Shown: piece after piece, positions 34,186 to 43,874 of the stretch
Position numbering within the stretch: position 1 is the stretch's first letter
How the letters are laid out: every line of letters begins with the position of its first letter
Origin: a virus
IMG/VR virus record: IMGVR_UViG_3300009181_000063
Location: 7,406-71,405 of that record
Length of the DNA stretch: 64,000 nucleotides
Direction: 5' to 3' (one strand)
Made by a program: the position numbers and the translations under genes
Notes under the pieces: generated by a model
What the model was told of the DNA's origin: nothing
The model's input: only the letters and a program-made list of their open reading frames with translations
The model's database searches: none

Positions 34186-34592
34186 AGCCGCGTTAAGTCC
34201 ATTCCCCAGTGTCCGTATCTCATCAATCTATCAGGCCGATCTATGACCCCTAAAATCTCAGGTCTGTAAGGAAGTTGCTTAACTAAAAAGTCAACCGACT
34301 CGTAAGCGTTGCAATGTCTAAACGGGTTAGTTCCGTACTTGTCTAACGTGTCTAAAACTTTTTGAAGTTCTTCTTGACTTAAATTAAAAGAAGCAAGCTC
34401 TACAACATATGGGGTTTGAACTGCCCATAAAAACAATTGACTAAGTACTTCTTTTTTAAATGAAACCTTTTTGCGTGTTTGCTTAAATATTTTGTATTTC
34501 TTTGGCAGGTTTTCTGTTTCTAACAGTACAAACACATCCGTAGTAACAATAATCCGTTGCGGTATATCGTTACTAATATCCCCGAATTGCAT
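34182..34592 (-). CDS. Hypothetical protein
   Basis: 136-aa ORF coupled to dnaB. Confidence 0.7.
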   Translation of the reverse strand: MQFGDISNDIPQRIIVTTDVFVLLETENLPKKYKIFKQTRKKVSFKKEVLSQLFLWAVQTPYVVELASFNLSQEELQKVLDTLDKYGTNPFRHCNAYESVDFLVKQLPYRPEILGVIDRPDRLMRYGHWGMDLTRL

Positions 34593-34904
34593 TTAGAAAA
34601 CTTCAATCTTGCCAAAAGCTAATATGAAGTCTCTGTAAGCCTCAATAGAGTGCTTTGCTTTCTCTGTGTCTTCATCTGTTGCGCGTTTAGATATCTCAAG
34701 CGGATAGGAGCCTCCGTTAGAGTTAATGCGTGCTTGAACAAAACGAGTGTGCTTGCAAGTAGTTCGACCCTTAAACCCAGCGCAAGTACATAGCAAGTCA
34801 CCGTTTGGCTTTGTGCTTACTTCGTAAATGCTAGGGCCCGGTGTTTGAGTCGGACTTAAAAAAACCTGAAGCAACTTCGGTTGATCCATTAAACGTCCTC
34901 TCAT
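34593..34904 (-). CDS. SWIM zinc-finger protein
   Basis: YEV...CTCAGF....CKH. Confidence 0.8.
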   Translation of the reverse strand: MRGRLMDQPKLLQVFLSPTQTPGPSIYEVSTKPNGDLLCTCAGFKGRTTCKHTRFVQARINSNGGSYPLEISKRATDEDTEKAKHSIEAYRDFILAFGKIEVF

Positions 34905-35581
34905 CTTCGTAGGTCTCCTTTAGTTGATTTTAAATCAATATTTAAAAATGCTTCGTGAGCAAAGCTAGCGGTAGCCTCACCGTAAAAGTCTTGCCATTTC
35001 ATAAGGGGAATATTAGAGGTAACAATAGTCGGAAGACCAGCATTAAATCTACTACGAAGGACATGGTGAAGAGTACTTTGATTCCAGCCACTAGCCATAT
35101 TGTGCTCACGACCAACATCATCTAAAACCAAAACCTTTACATTACGACGGCTATCAGAGGACTCTCCCATAATGCCTTCATAAAGCATCTCTCTGCTTTC
35201 CTCAATCTGATCGCCCATGGTTTCACCTTTAAGATCGATAAGACTTGCGTAAGTAGTGAAGTAACAAGGACGCACATCGTTAAGTTCAAAAATGTCAAGG
35301 GAGGAAGTTCTCATCATGTTTTGAATTAGTGCTGCAACCAAAGTTGTTTTTCCATTACCGGGATCGCCATACAAAGCAACACCACGACCGCAGGTTCTCT
35401 TTCCTACTGCGTTAATAATCTTTCCGTCTTGAACTAAAGTTTCCCAACCCTGTAAAGCCTCAAGATATTTTTTATCAACAGAATTGCAGTCTGAGTATTC
35501 CCAACCTTGTAAATGCTTTGGTATACCAGCAGCCCTAATCCAGCTCTTGCGCCGAATCTTTAGCTCTTCAACATTAAACAT
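34901..35581 (-). CDS. DnaC/IstB-like AAA+ ATPase (helicase loader)
   Basis: AGIP, GDPGNGKT, LVLDDVGRE, R....LPTIVTSN. Confidence 0.88.
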   Translation of the reverse strand: MFNVEELKIRRKSWIRAAGIPKHLQGWEYSDCNSVDKKYLEALQGWETLVQDGKIINAVGKRTCGRGVALYGDPGNGKTTLVAALIQNMMRTSSLDIFELNDVRPCYFTTYASLIDLKGETMGDQIEESREMLYEGIMGESSDSRRNVKVLVLDDVGREHNMASGWNQSTLHHVLRSRFNAGLPTIVTSNIPLMKWQDFYGEATASFAHEAFLNIDLKSTKGDLRR

Positions 35582-36470
35582 CTTCTCCCCTTAAAATCCG
35601 TTGCGCTTTATCCCAAGCCTCTTCTGCCATAAGAACGTCTGCATCCGTGTTGACGGATAGTACGGCTCCCTTTACCAAACCCGGTAATCGGCTTACGAAC
35701 AATCGCCACAATACCTCGGCGTCTTTGTATTCGCTAATTGAGATTTGCCTAAAGAATAAATCCATAGCGGCTACCTCGGTAACACTATCAGTGCCTAAAC
35801 GTTTTCTAGCAGAAGCAAGGGCTCCAGAGAATTTACTTTGAGTAACTGACCATGGCTGAATATTCCAGTAACTGTGAATCCGCTCAGCAAACTCAAAACA
35901 CACGTCAGTGACAGACCACTCGGCAACTGGCATGGTGTGACGTTTTTGAAACCTGCTCACATGCGTTGTCATAGATTTTTTATCAAAATCAGACTTTCGC
36001 TTCTTTTCAGCGGCGGCACGACGCTTCTTCGGATCTTCGGAATCTTCGGAAGGTTCGGCGGTAGAGTCGAAAAATTCGTAACCCATCGTTTTATACTCCT
36101 CGGTCTCTAAAACCAATCTCGACTTCGTCGAGAGATTTGGTTTACTTATAACAGTAGAATTAGTAATTCTGCTTATATGCTCATTACTGTAATCAGAAGT
36201 CACGTTATGTGACTCCACAACTTGAGACGGCACAATACCAAAAAATGCACGATTTGCTTTTTCAGTTAACACCGAAACAGTCATAATCTTGTTACCGATT
36301 CGTTGCTGACTTGTGAGAATGTAGGAGTTATCCCTTAGTTCCTTCAAGCCACTCAACGCTGCCCTACGACCCACTCTAAAGTGATCCATCATAGTTTGGG
36401 CAGAGATGTTTAATGAGTGCTGATGAATTGCTAAAAGAAACCCGTAGGCTTTTGGAGATAGGTCTTTCAC
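35574..36470 (-). CDS. Putative replication initiator (N-terminal winged HTH)
   Basis: LSPKAYGFL...GRRAALSGLKEL...YI; lies just upstream of the DnaC-like loader. Confidence 0.6.
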   Translation of the reverse strand: MKDLSPKAYGFLLAIHQHSLNISAQTMMDHFRVGRRAALSGLKELRDNSYILTSQQRIGNKIMTVSVLTEKANRAFFGIVPSQVVESHNVTSDYSNEHISRITNSTVISKPNLSTKSRLVLETEEYKTMGYEFFDSTAEPSEDSEDPKKRRAAAEKKRKSDFDKKSMTTHVSRFQKRHTMPVAEWSVTDVCFEFAERIHSYWNIQPWSVTQSKFSGALASARKRLGTDSVTEVAAMDLFFRQISISEYKDAEVLWRLFVSRLPGLVKGAVLSVNTDADVLMAEEAWDKAQRILRGEDV

Positions 36471-37036
36471 ACCACGCCAGCCTCTTTGAGCGCTTCCATA
36501 ACCTTCTTGGTTATTAGCTCAGCAAGGTCAACCTTTACCTTAGGATCATTAGCCTTTACCTTAATCTCAGATTTTGGGATTTCCTCTGTAACGACCTCCT
36601 GGGGCTCGTTCTCACGTTCTATGTGTGACAACTCAACCAGACCCATGCAAAGGTCGTAGGAGGGCACGGAAGCCTCTTGGAAGGCGTAAAAAGCAGCAGT
36701 CCCAAAGCCATCTTCCTCATCCCACAAAATGAACGCTTGAGTGTCCTCCCCACGAATCAGTTCGACTACAGCCGAGATTGGGTTTGAAGAGTTGTGAAGA
36801 CTGGAGCTTCCAAGACTCATGATGACTGCGTTCTCTGGAGCTATGGCTATTGTTGGTATCTCAAGTTCTGCGGATACCTGATGCGCCCATATTTGCCCTT
36901 GACTTGGTCTATCTTGAAAAGGCAAAAGCAGTGTTACGTCTTTGCCGTTACCTCTGTAGTGATCTTCTAATAAAGCTTCTACGTTAACTCTTGTTGTTTC
37001 ACCGTTACCGGCAATGACCAAAAATTTTGATCCCAT
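36467..37036 (-). CDS. Hypothetical protein (Rossmannoid/SLOG-like N-terminus)
   Basis: FLVIAGNG start; fold call tentative. Confidence 0.55.
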   Translation of the reverse strand: MGSKFLVIAGNGETTRVNVEALLEDHYRGNGKDVTLLLPFQDRPSQGQIWAHQVSAELEIPTIAIAPENAVIMSLGSSSLHNSSNPISAVVELIRGEDTQAFILWDEEDGFGTAAFYAFQEASVPSYDLCMGLVELSHIERENEPQEVVTEEIPKSEIKVKANDPKVKVDLAELITKKVMEALKEAGVV

Positions 37037-37083
37037 GTAATCCCCCTGACTTGGAGGCAGATACTACACAGGTCTGGGGAGTG

Positions 37084-39387
37084 CTACAAACCTGGTTGGG
37101 CTAAGTCAACCCGAAAGGGGGTTCCATGCATTAAATAGCTAGGAAGTTGTGCAATTAAGCGTAGTTGTGTGGCAATTCTGTTTTTGTAGTAATGAGATCT
37201 ACCTAAAAAAGCTTGATTGTCTTCCCATATAAGGTCATCTGTTGAAGTAAACCCAGAGTACCCATCAAAGTAAGGTTTTGGTGCTGTTGTTTGTTCAAAC
37301 ATTGCTGAATCTAAATGAATGACTTGAGTTGTTAAAGCGTTTGTCCAATCAAAATATGGTTTTGCGTAAACAGCGTTTTCTGGAGATAGATCCGAGTAGG
37401 AAGTTCTAATAAAATCAAATTTTAAATCTTGAATAGATGGCACTGGGCCAGGTTCTATTGTTGGAATATTAGTACCGTTAGAAACAACCTGGAAGTATCT
37501 TCCACCAATTGCCGTAACTGTTTTAACACCATTTAATCCTGTTAAATTGTATGTAGTTCCTTGAGAAGCAACAGAACCAAAATCTACAAATCTAACTGAG
37601 CCCCCTACAGTAAAGCTGTGTTGTTCTACCGTGTATACAGTCAACACATTTCCAGCACGTGAGATTTTATCTATTTTATAAAACTCACTTAATCGTTCTG
37701 GAGTACCAGAGGTAGTGGTTTCAAGAAAGTTTTTGTTAGCGTCGTACCAGTCAATTGACATACGACCAGTTAAGTCAGCAGATGGGTCACCTATAAAACC
37801 AGTGCGTGTGTAAACACTAAAGCTATACCAAAAGCCCTCTAGCACTTCTATAAATTCATTGTATTTTAAACGTACTTGACCGTTGGCTATTGGAATAAGT
37901 TTTAAAGAAACACTGCTATTTCTATCCTCATCAAAAACCGTAAGATCTTGTGTTGCCGTAGCGTTAGTAGCTACCCAAGGTGCAACAGCCCCATCAAAGC
38001 TTGGGTTTTTAAATTCGTTTACTCGACTTGCTTTAAGAGTAATATTAATTTGACGCGCTTCTTCAAACGTTGTTGCGCCTTCAGAAGATTGTTCAAATTG
38101 AGCCGCATCAAAGAAGTGCATTTCACCTTCTGTAGCGCCATTAATTCGAACATATGGAACCGCAAAGTACGCGTTTACAGGAGCAATGCTAGTTGTAGCT
38201 ACTCTAGTTGACCAAGAAGATGTGTTATTTGTTTTTGACTCTTCACCGGCTCTTGAGATTTCTTCACCGTTACGGTCATACCAACGAATATCAACAGTAA
38301 TTTCTCTAGCCACTGTTTTAGCACGGCTATAGATTGAAAACGTGTACGAAGAACCTTCTTTAATTGGAATGCCTCTAGTTTTAGGGGCGGATAGCCCGCA
38401 CGCAAACTCAATACCTGCGTCTACGTAGGTTCCAGACGTTCCGTCACTTGCTGCTGTTACTTTAAGACTGGCTGCTCTTTTATTAGGAAATAGTGAGGGA
38501 GAAGAACTTTCTATGTAAGGCGCTACTTCTGCAGGAAGAGCCCGAGAAAGTGTTGCTCTGTAAATACTTGCCCATCTACCAAGGTCTTCTTCAAAAGAAG
38601 AGTCGTTATAGTCAAGCATTAAATTTTTACCAAGAGTAGTCGTTTCGTCATACCCCGTAAATGCTTTAATAAAGTCTTTAATTCCTTGAAGACTTCCCTT
38701 TTGTTTGTTTATGTAGATGGCGTTTCTTAAAAAGATACGAGACTGCTGAAGACCTAGTTCTGGTTCAAATGCAAGACCAAACTGTCTCATAATTTCAGGG
38801 ACTATTGGAGCGTAGGTAATTGCAGTGTCGTATGACTTGTACGATAACTCAGCGTTCGTTTTGTATAAATCGTATGCAAAAGCAAAGACGGAAAGAAACG
38901 CACGCAAGTCTGGGTTTTCGTTGTTATCCGTAACGCTTGCAAGTTGTGTATTTCTATATATTGCTGGCAAATTGTTGTACATAAAATCTAAAGATCCATA
39001 ATTTTTTACAGATATACCCAAAGCGTTTCCTGCTTTAATCCAAATTTCAGTTTGTGCATCAAGAACAAAAATTGAATAATGGTAGGCAATTCCTTGGCGT
39101 AAACCAATATTATTTGGAACTTCTCCGCTATCTATGTAACTGCCAAGTGAAAAGTTTTTTGGTTCATCAGCTACAATAGCTCCGTCATCTACGGAAAGTG
39201 GAAATCCATATGTGTTTCTTACAACGCGAAGGCGAGACCAATCTCCCGTAGGAGGAGTCCAAGTTACAGTAATTTGACCATATCCAGTAGGAGTTGCTAA
39301 AACTGGTGACGCGTCAAAGTCAACAACAGCTACGCCACCCGATCCGTAGTTAGACAGACCGTAATAATCAATTCCGTACCGTGCCAT
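37084..39387 (-). CDS. Baseplate/tail protein with carbohydrate-binding-like domains
   Basis: LPAIY...LRAFL, KGSLQGI (P2 gpI-like), N.SFE and DAAQFE beta-sandwich repeats. Confidence 0.75.
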   Translation of the reverse strand: MARYGIDYYGLSNYGSGGVAVVDFDASPVLATPTGYGQITVTWTPPTGDWSRLRVVRNTYGFPLSVDDGAIVADEPKNFSLGSYIDSGEVPNNIGLRQGIAYHYSIFVLDAQTEIWIKAGNALGISVKNYGSLDFMYNNLPAIYRNTQLASVTDNNENPDLRAFLSVFAFAYDLYKTNAELSYKSYDTAITYAPIVPEIMRQFGLAFEPELGLQQSRIFLRNAIYINKQKGSLQGIKDFIKAFTGYDETTTLGKNLMLDYNDSSFEEDLGRWASIYRATLSRALPAEVAPYIESSSPSLFPNKRAASLKVTAASDGTSGTYVDAGIEFACGLSAPKTRGIPIKEGSSYTFSIYSRAKTVAREITVDIRWYDRNGEEISRAGEESKTNNTSSWSTRVATTSIAPVNAYFAVPYVRINGATEGEMHFFDAAQFEQSSEGATTFEEARQINITLKASRVNEFKNPSFDGAVAPWVATNATATQDLTVFDEDRNSSVSLKLIPIANGQVRLKYNEFIEVLEGFWYSFSVYTRTGFIGDPSADLTGRMSIDWYDANKNFLETTTSGTPERLSEFYKIDKISRAGNVLTVYTVEQHSFTVGGSVRFVDFGSVASQGTTYNLTGLNGVKTVTAIGGRYFQVVSNGTNIPTIEPGPVPSIQDLKFDFIRTSYSDLSPENAVYAKPYFDWTNALTTQVIHLDSAMFEQTTAPKPYFDGYSGFTSTDDLIWEDNQAFLGRSHYYKNRIATQLRLIAQLPSYLMHGTPFRVDLAQPGL

Positions 39388-39390
39388 TTT

Positions 39391-39867
39391 TTAAGCCCCA
39401 AAAATAGCAAGAATTATTGATTGATCAATTTCAGGAGCATCAATGTAACTAGCAGTAATTTTTCCAACAGGACTAACACTTGCCACCGTTGTTCCAGCGG
39501 AGGTCTTCCACTCCATAAGGTTTGCGCTTTGAGATGCAGCACCCCTAACAGTTAAACCAATGCTACTTGCCGCGACGTTTACAATAGTGTCAGCTCCGGC
39601 TTTTTTTACATACTGCGTGTGACTGTCTCCAACAATTCCTCGTTCAATGTTTGCCAATCGCAAAGCTACGGTCGAGTACTGGCTAGAGGTGCCAAGGAAA
39701 GTATCAGTTGATACAACTGAAGTAGAAAGCGCTGGGTTAACACCAAGCGTTGTCTCGATAGCTACAACTTCTTCTTGCAAAGTGTTTGGATCAGCAGCGT
39801 CGATAACGCTGAGGATGTTTGTTTTTGTTGTAAACGGGCGTACCGATGATGGATAACTGGCTGTCAT
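39391..39867 (-). CDS. Virion structural protein (baseplate-associated)
   Basis: N.LQEEVVAIETTLG coiled motif; position in the baseplate operon. Confidence 0.65.
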   Translation of the reverse strand: MTASYPSSVRPFTTKTNILSVIDAADPNTLQEEVVAIETTLGVNPALSTSVVSTDTFLGTSSQYSTVALRLANIERGIVGDSHTQYVKKAGADTIVNVAASSIGLTVRGAASQSANLMEWKTSAGTTVASVSPVGKITASYIDAPEIDQSIILAIFGA

Positions 39868-39875
39868 GATGTCTC

Positions 39876-41327
39876 CTAGTCTTCAATTCCGCCGGTTACG
39901 GTAACTAAAATAGTTCCGGCTCGTGGAATTTCATTGAGTGCAAATACGGCATCTGCTATACCAGATTGAGCCGCACCTACCCGCGCTATTAAAGTAGGAT
40001 TTGAATACGCTACACCTTGTGTTGCGGCAAGAGCCTCAATTACATAGTGTAAAGAAATACGGTCAGCAAATTGAACGTTGTCAAATGTTAAAATTTCTTG
40101 TAATGCTTTTTCCGCGTTACTCTTAACAACACTTCTCTTGTACTGAGGTAAAGCATTTACTGTAACCGTAATGTTTACACCAACAAACGTTGGAGGAAGC
40201 AATGTAATACTTACATTTGGTGGAGTTTTATCTACAAAAAATTGAGCAATTCTATTTCCAAGTTGTTGAAAAACGGCTGTTAAATTTCCAGAGCCGTCTA
40301 GTCCAGTATCGCCCGCTGGGGCAACATATAGATTAATGCTTGAGTAAACTTCTGATGTTGCGGTTGCTTTTGCAACTCCCGGAACTTGAAGTGCTAGGTC
40401 AGCATAATCTTTAAGAGACACGGCTCGTTGAATAGCACGAATACTTGCTGGAGCATTTAAACGAATAGAGTCTGTAGATTCTGCGTCTACTCCACCCGAG
40501 GCTGCTGCCGCATTTGTTACAGTTAAACCGGGAGTAAAGTTTGTCACAATACTGTTTAAAGTTCCAACAGTTACGTTTCCTTGGGCTCCTCCGCCAATTC
40601 GATAGGCTACAAGAATTTCAGCGTTTGCTGGTGGAATTCTTCCACTAACTCCGTCTCCAAAAATAATAGTAGTAACTTCGTCCGCGTCAGTTGTGCTGTA
40701 GAAAACAGCGTCTGAACTACCAGCGTCAATAATGTAAGTAACAGGTGAGTACACGGTGTCGTTTACTGTTACTGAAATGCTGTTACTAATAACAGGGGTT
40801 TCGGAAAGAATAAACTCTTGATCAGAGGTTCCATCAGATGTTCCCGCAACCTCCTCGTAGATAGTCTCACCTTCGGTTGCGGCTACGCTGATATTGCCAT
40901 TTGCTGGAACGGTAACGGCTGCGTCTGTTTCAAATATAATTTGCGTGTTTGTTCCATTTACTACAGTTGTGCTAGCTACTTGAGTTCCAGCAGGCACGAC
41001 AATAGAAGCAGAAGTGCTGTTAAAAAACGATAATGTAGTGGTTGCTGGGATGCTGTCTACAGGGGTGTAGCCAAGAACATTTGCAATACGCAAAACGCTG
41101 TCTCGCTGGCTTGCTGTTGACAAGAAAGACTCATTAGCGGCTCTATCAATGTAGTAATTAAGTGAGTCGCCCATATAAGCAAACATTTCTAGCAAAACAA
41201 TGCCGAAATCGGCTGGGTCACGGCTTACCCACTGTGGGGCGTAAAGAGGAATTAAATTAATTAAGTCTTCACGGATTGAGGCGTAATCACGGGAGGTGTA
41301 ATCAACTTGTGGGACAAAGTCAGCCAT
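39876..41327 (-). CDS. Baseplate J-like wedge protein
   Basis: DYTSRDY, DPADFG, FGDGVSG.IP, GG.DAES...IR, RAVS.KDY. Confidence 0.92.
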   Translation of the reverse strand: MADFVPQVDYTSRDYASIREDLINLIPLYAPQWVSRDPADFGIVLLEMFAYMGDSLNYYIDRAANESFLSTASQRDSVLRIANVLGYTPVDSIPATTTLSFFNSTSASIVVPAGTQVASTTVVNGTNTQIIFETDAAVTVPANGNISVAATEGETIYEEVAGTSDGTSDQEFILSETPVISNSISVTVNDTVYSPVTYIIDAGSSDAVFYSTTDADEVTTIIFGDGVSGRIPPANAEILVAYRIGGGAQGNVTVGTLNSIVTNFTPGLTVTNAAAASGGVDAESTDSIRLNAPASIRAIQRAVSLKDYADLALQVPGVAKATATSEVYSSINLYVAPAGDTGLDGSGNLTAVFQQLGNRIAQFFVDKTPPNVSITLLPPTFVGVNITVTVNALPQYKRSVVKSNAEKALQEILTFDNVQFADRISLHYVIEALAATQGVAYSNPTLIARVGAAQSGIADAVFALNEIPRAGTILVTVTGGIED

Positions 41328-41734
41328 TATGCAAGCTCCTGAATTAGATCGCCAGATCGGGTAAAGGTTCCAGCCTTAACGTCAAGACTGTCCACCTGTT
41401 TGTTTGGTAGCTCGTATTCTACAGAAATATTGAGCGCATCAACTCCTAAGCTACTTGACTCCTTTGTTACAGAAAGTCGCGTCAAGCTTAGCTCTGGCAG
41501 GTACTGGTTAAAAGCAGCGCCAATAGCCTTGCTCACATACTCAGTCACAACACTTTCTGGCTCAAACACCGCTCCAGCAGCAACTGTTCCATATGTAGGT
41601 CGCATGACTCTACTATCAGGTGCTGTAAAAATTACCCCTAAAACACGGTCTTGGTATTGCTTAGAGGCTAAAGTAGTTGTATCAATAGCCCCCGATGTGT
41701 TAAACGAAAACGGTAATGAAATTGATGATGCCAT
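41327..41734 (-). CDS. Baseplate wedge gp25/GpW-like protein
   Basis: ISLPFSF, RVMRPTYG, FEP; start ATG 41734. Confidence 0.85.
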   Translation of the reverse strand: MASSISLPFSFNTSGAIDTTTLASKQYQDRVLGVIFTAPDSRVMRPTYGTVAAGAVFEPESVVTEYVSKAIGAAFNQYLPELSLTRLSVTKESSSLGVDALNISVEYELPNKQVDSLDVKAGTFTRSGDLIQELA

Positions 41735-42255
41735 TAAAATACTCCCATCCATATTGGAAAGTTAGGGTCTCCGCCTTCAAACATGACCCAAACACCTTGA
41801 TTTAAATCCGGCACCAACCTGTGAGGCGTGTGCTCAGGAAATTCTGTAGTTATTTCTAGATTGTCATTCCATTTATTTTCTTCATCTGGATCCGTATCGT
41901 GAGCATGATCTAAGTTCCACGTAGTGTCAGGGCTCTTACCTGTGTGGTTATTGGTATGTGCTGCGGTATAGCTAAAGGTGTGGGTGTGGGAGCCAAAAGT
42001 AGAAACGGTAGTTCCACCAGTAGTTCCTGAAATTGCATGATCTGCATGAGCATTAAGAAGCGCGGCTACCTCAGAGGCTAGGTGCTTTTTGTGGTCAGGG
42101 TGGTTAGCGTTAGAAAGTACAGGAAGGCACGGCCAAGCCCAGTCACTAATAGATTGCCCAAGCACCTGAGGAACTTGAACTTTAATACGATTTTTGTCAA
42201 TAGGGTCGGCATTATCCATACAAACGGCTCTATATATGCCATAGAACTTATCCAT
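41734..42255 (-). CDS. Baseplate spike gp5/Vgr OB-fold protein with His-rich insertion
   Basis: YGIYRAV...DP....RIKVQVP...WAWPC and VP....VWVMFEGGDPNFPIWMG; start ATG 42255. Confidence 0.85.
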   Translation of the reverse strand: MDKFYGIYRAVCMDNADPIDKNRIKVQVPQVLGQSISDWAWPCLPVLSNANHPDHKKHLASEVAALLNAHADHAISGTTGGTTVSTFGSHTHTFSYTAAHTNNHTGKSPDTTWNLDHAHDTDPDEENKWNDNLEITTEFPEHTPHRLVPDLNQGVWVMFEGGDPNFPIWMGVF

Positions 42256-43600
42256 TTGTTCTCCTAAGTTTTTTAACAACAACTGCCGACTTCCCAGTCT
42301 TTTTAGTTATTTTAACTAAATTTCCAGATGTACTTGCCCACTTAGTTGCAATTATAGTCTTTCCAGCAGATTTAGGTTTAGCGCGATTTCCTATTTTTCC
42401 AAAACCAACTGGGGAGTTTTTGTTTGCGTTTTTTGTTCCCTTTTTAAGCGTAGTCCTACCCTTTTTGTTAGTTTGTCTAACGTTAGGAATAATTGTTCTT
42501 TTTGGACGACTATTTGGTACTTCACCCGTTCTTTTACCGCCCTTAGCCATACCAGCTCTAGTTCCAGCCGAACCCAAAGAGTCAGTTCCTAAATGTAAGA
42601 TTGTTACGTATCGTTGGTTGCTATACGCTTCAGAATCAATTACATGTTCCGCTTTAAGCACCACCCAATAACCCGCGTACGCTGATGCCACACCGTCTAA
42701 ATACACTGGCATATCTGGATGCAAGTTAGGATCTCCAAGAACTTTTGCGGTAGCACGATATGGAAACCTAGTTCTTTCATCCACAGACTTAGATTCGTTT
42801 TTTGCCATGTCGTAGTCGTTAACCACTACTCCAGTAGAGAAACTGTCAAAAAACTCAGGCTCATATTGTTTCTTTGCGGGCTTAGGTCGTTTTTGATTAG
42901 TTAACTGAATAACTTTTCCTGTGTGTTTATCCACACCCGACATTGCCGCCGCTGATTTTATTTCTCCGTCGTGGTCTAAACTTTCGCCAATAAGAGGCTT
43001 AAAGGAGTAAAGAGTAGATCCTTGAGGATCGTTTGAGTCACGAAGTACAAAGGTAGGAGCATTTTCTCGTTCTTGATCAAACAGCTTTGTTACTGGTTGA
43101 AAATGAATTTCAGAGTTTGTAATACGCAAAGAGTATCCACATTGTTTTGCTAATTTTTGTAACATTTCCATGTCAGTTAGACCAGCTTGTGAGACTTGAT
43201 CGTACACACGTGGATGCGGTTCAGCTTTGTAACAAAAGTTGTTTCTTTTAGCAATTTTTACAACAATTTGATCAGCGGTTAGTTTTTTGTAAACTTGTTG
43301 GGAAGTCTGTTTTAAGTAGTAGGAAGCTCCAATAAAATGAACTCTTACAAAGTTTACACCGGGGCTTATTACGGGCTCAACGTGATGTACATATGCGTTG
43401 TAGTCACGACTACCGTTGTCTCCATTAATTGTAAACTCAACAGGAGTTCCCGGTCTAATATCATCAAAGTCTACGTCTACCTCACGAAATTGAAAATAAC
43501 CAAACTCGTGCTTGTACCGCTCTTGCCAAAGTGTCATGTCAGAGACACGAGACGGCGATATGTTTGCAGAAGGAAACCCAACCTGTACAAAGTTAAACAC
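42248..43600 (-). CDS. Baseplate hub (GpD/gp27-like)
   Basis: Q...TD.E.LQKLA...GY, GDPNL.P...V......YAGYW.V..AEH. Confidence 0.8.
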   Translation of the reverse strand: MFNFVQVGFPSANISPSRVSDMTLWQERYKHEFGYFQFREVDVDFDDIRPGTPVEFTINGDNGSRDYNAYVHHVEPVISPGVNFVRVHFIGASYYLKQTSQQVYKKLTADQIVVKIAKRNNFCYKAEPHPRVYDQVSQAGLTDMEMLQKLAKQCGYSLRITNSEIHFQPVTKLFDQERENAPTFVLRDSNDPQGSTLYSFKPLIGESLDHDGEIKSAAAMSGVDKHTGKVIQLTNQKRPKPAKKQYEPEFFDSFSTGVVVNDYDMAKNESKSVDERTRFPYRATAKVLGDPNLHPDMPVYLDGVASAYAGYWVVLKAEHVIDSEAYSNQRYVTILHLGTDSLGSAGTRAGMAKGGKRTGEVPNSRPKRTIIPNVRQTNKKGRTTLKKGTKNANKNSPVGFGKIGNRAKPKSAGKTIIATKWASTSGNLVKITKKTGKSAVVVKKLRRTNG

Positions 43601-43874
43601 GAGGAATCCTAAGTACAGTTCCGGGCTTTATGTTTTGTGGGTCTGTTATCTCTGGGTTGTAGTCTAAAATAATCCACCAAAGATCAGATCGACGGTAATA
43701 CAAATGAGCAATTGTGTCTAAACGCTCGCCTAAAATATATGTGTGCTCTGTGTAGTTGAAGCTTCCTAAATCTTCAAAAGCGTAAAAAACAATAGGGTTT
43801 GAGTCAGAGTTTTCTTTAACAGATACAAAATCAATTACTGAATACTCGTAGCGTGACCCTTGAAAAATTCCCAT
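43593..43874 (-). CDS. LysM/GpX-like baseplate protein
   Basis: GERLDTIAH.YY....LWW.I.DYNP......I.PGT.LRIP. Confidence 0.88.
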   Translation of the reverse strand: MGIFQGSRYEYSVIDFVSVKENSDSNPIVFYAFEDLGSFNYTEHTYILGERLDTIAHLYYRRSDLWWIILDYNPEITDPQNIKPGTVLRIPRV

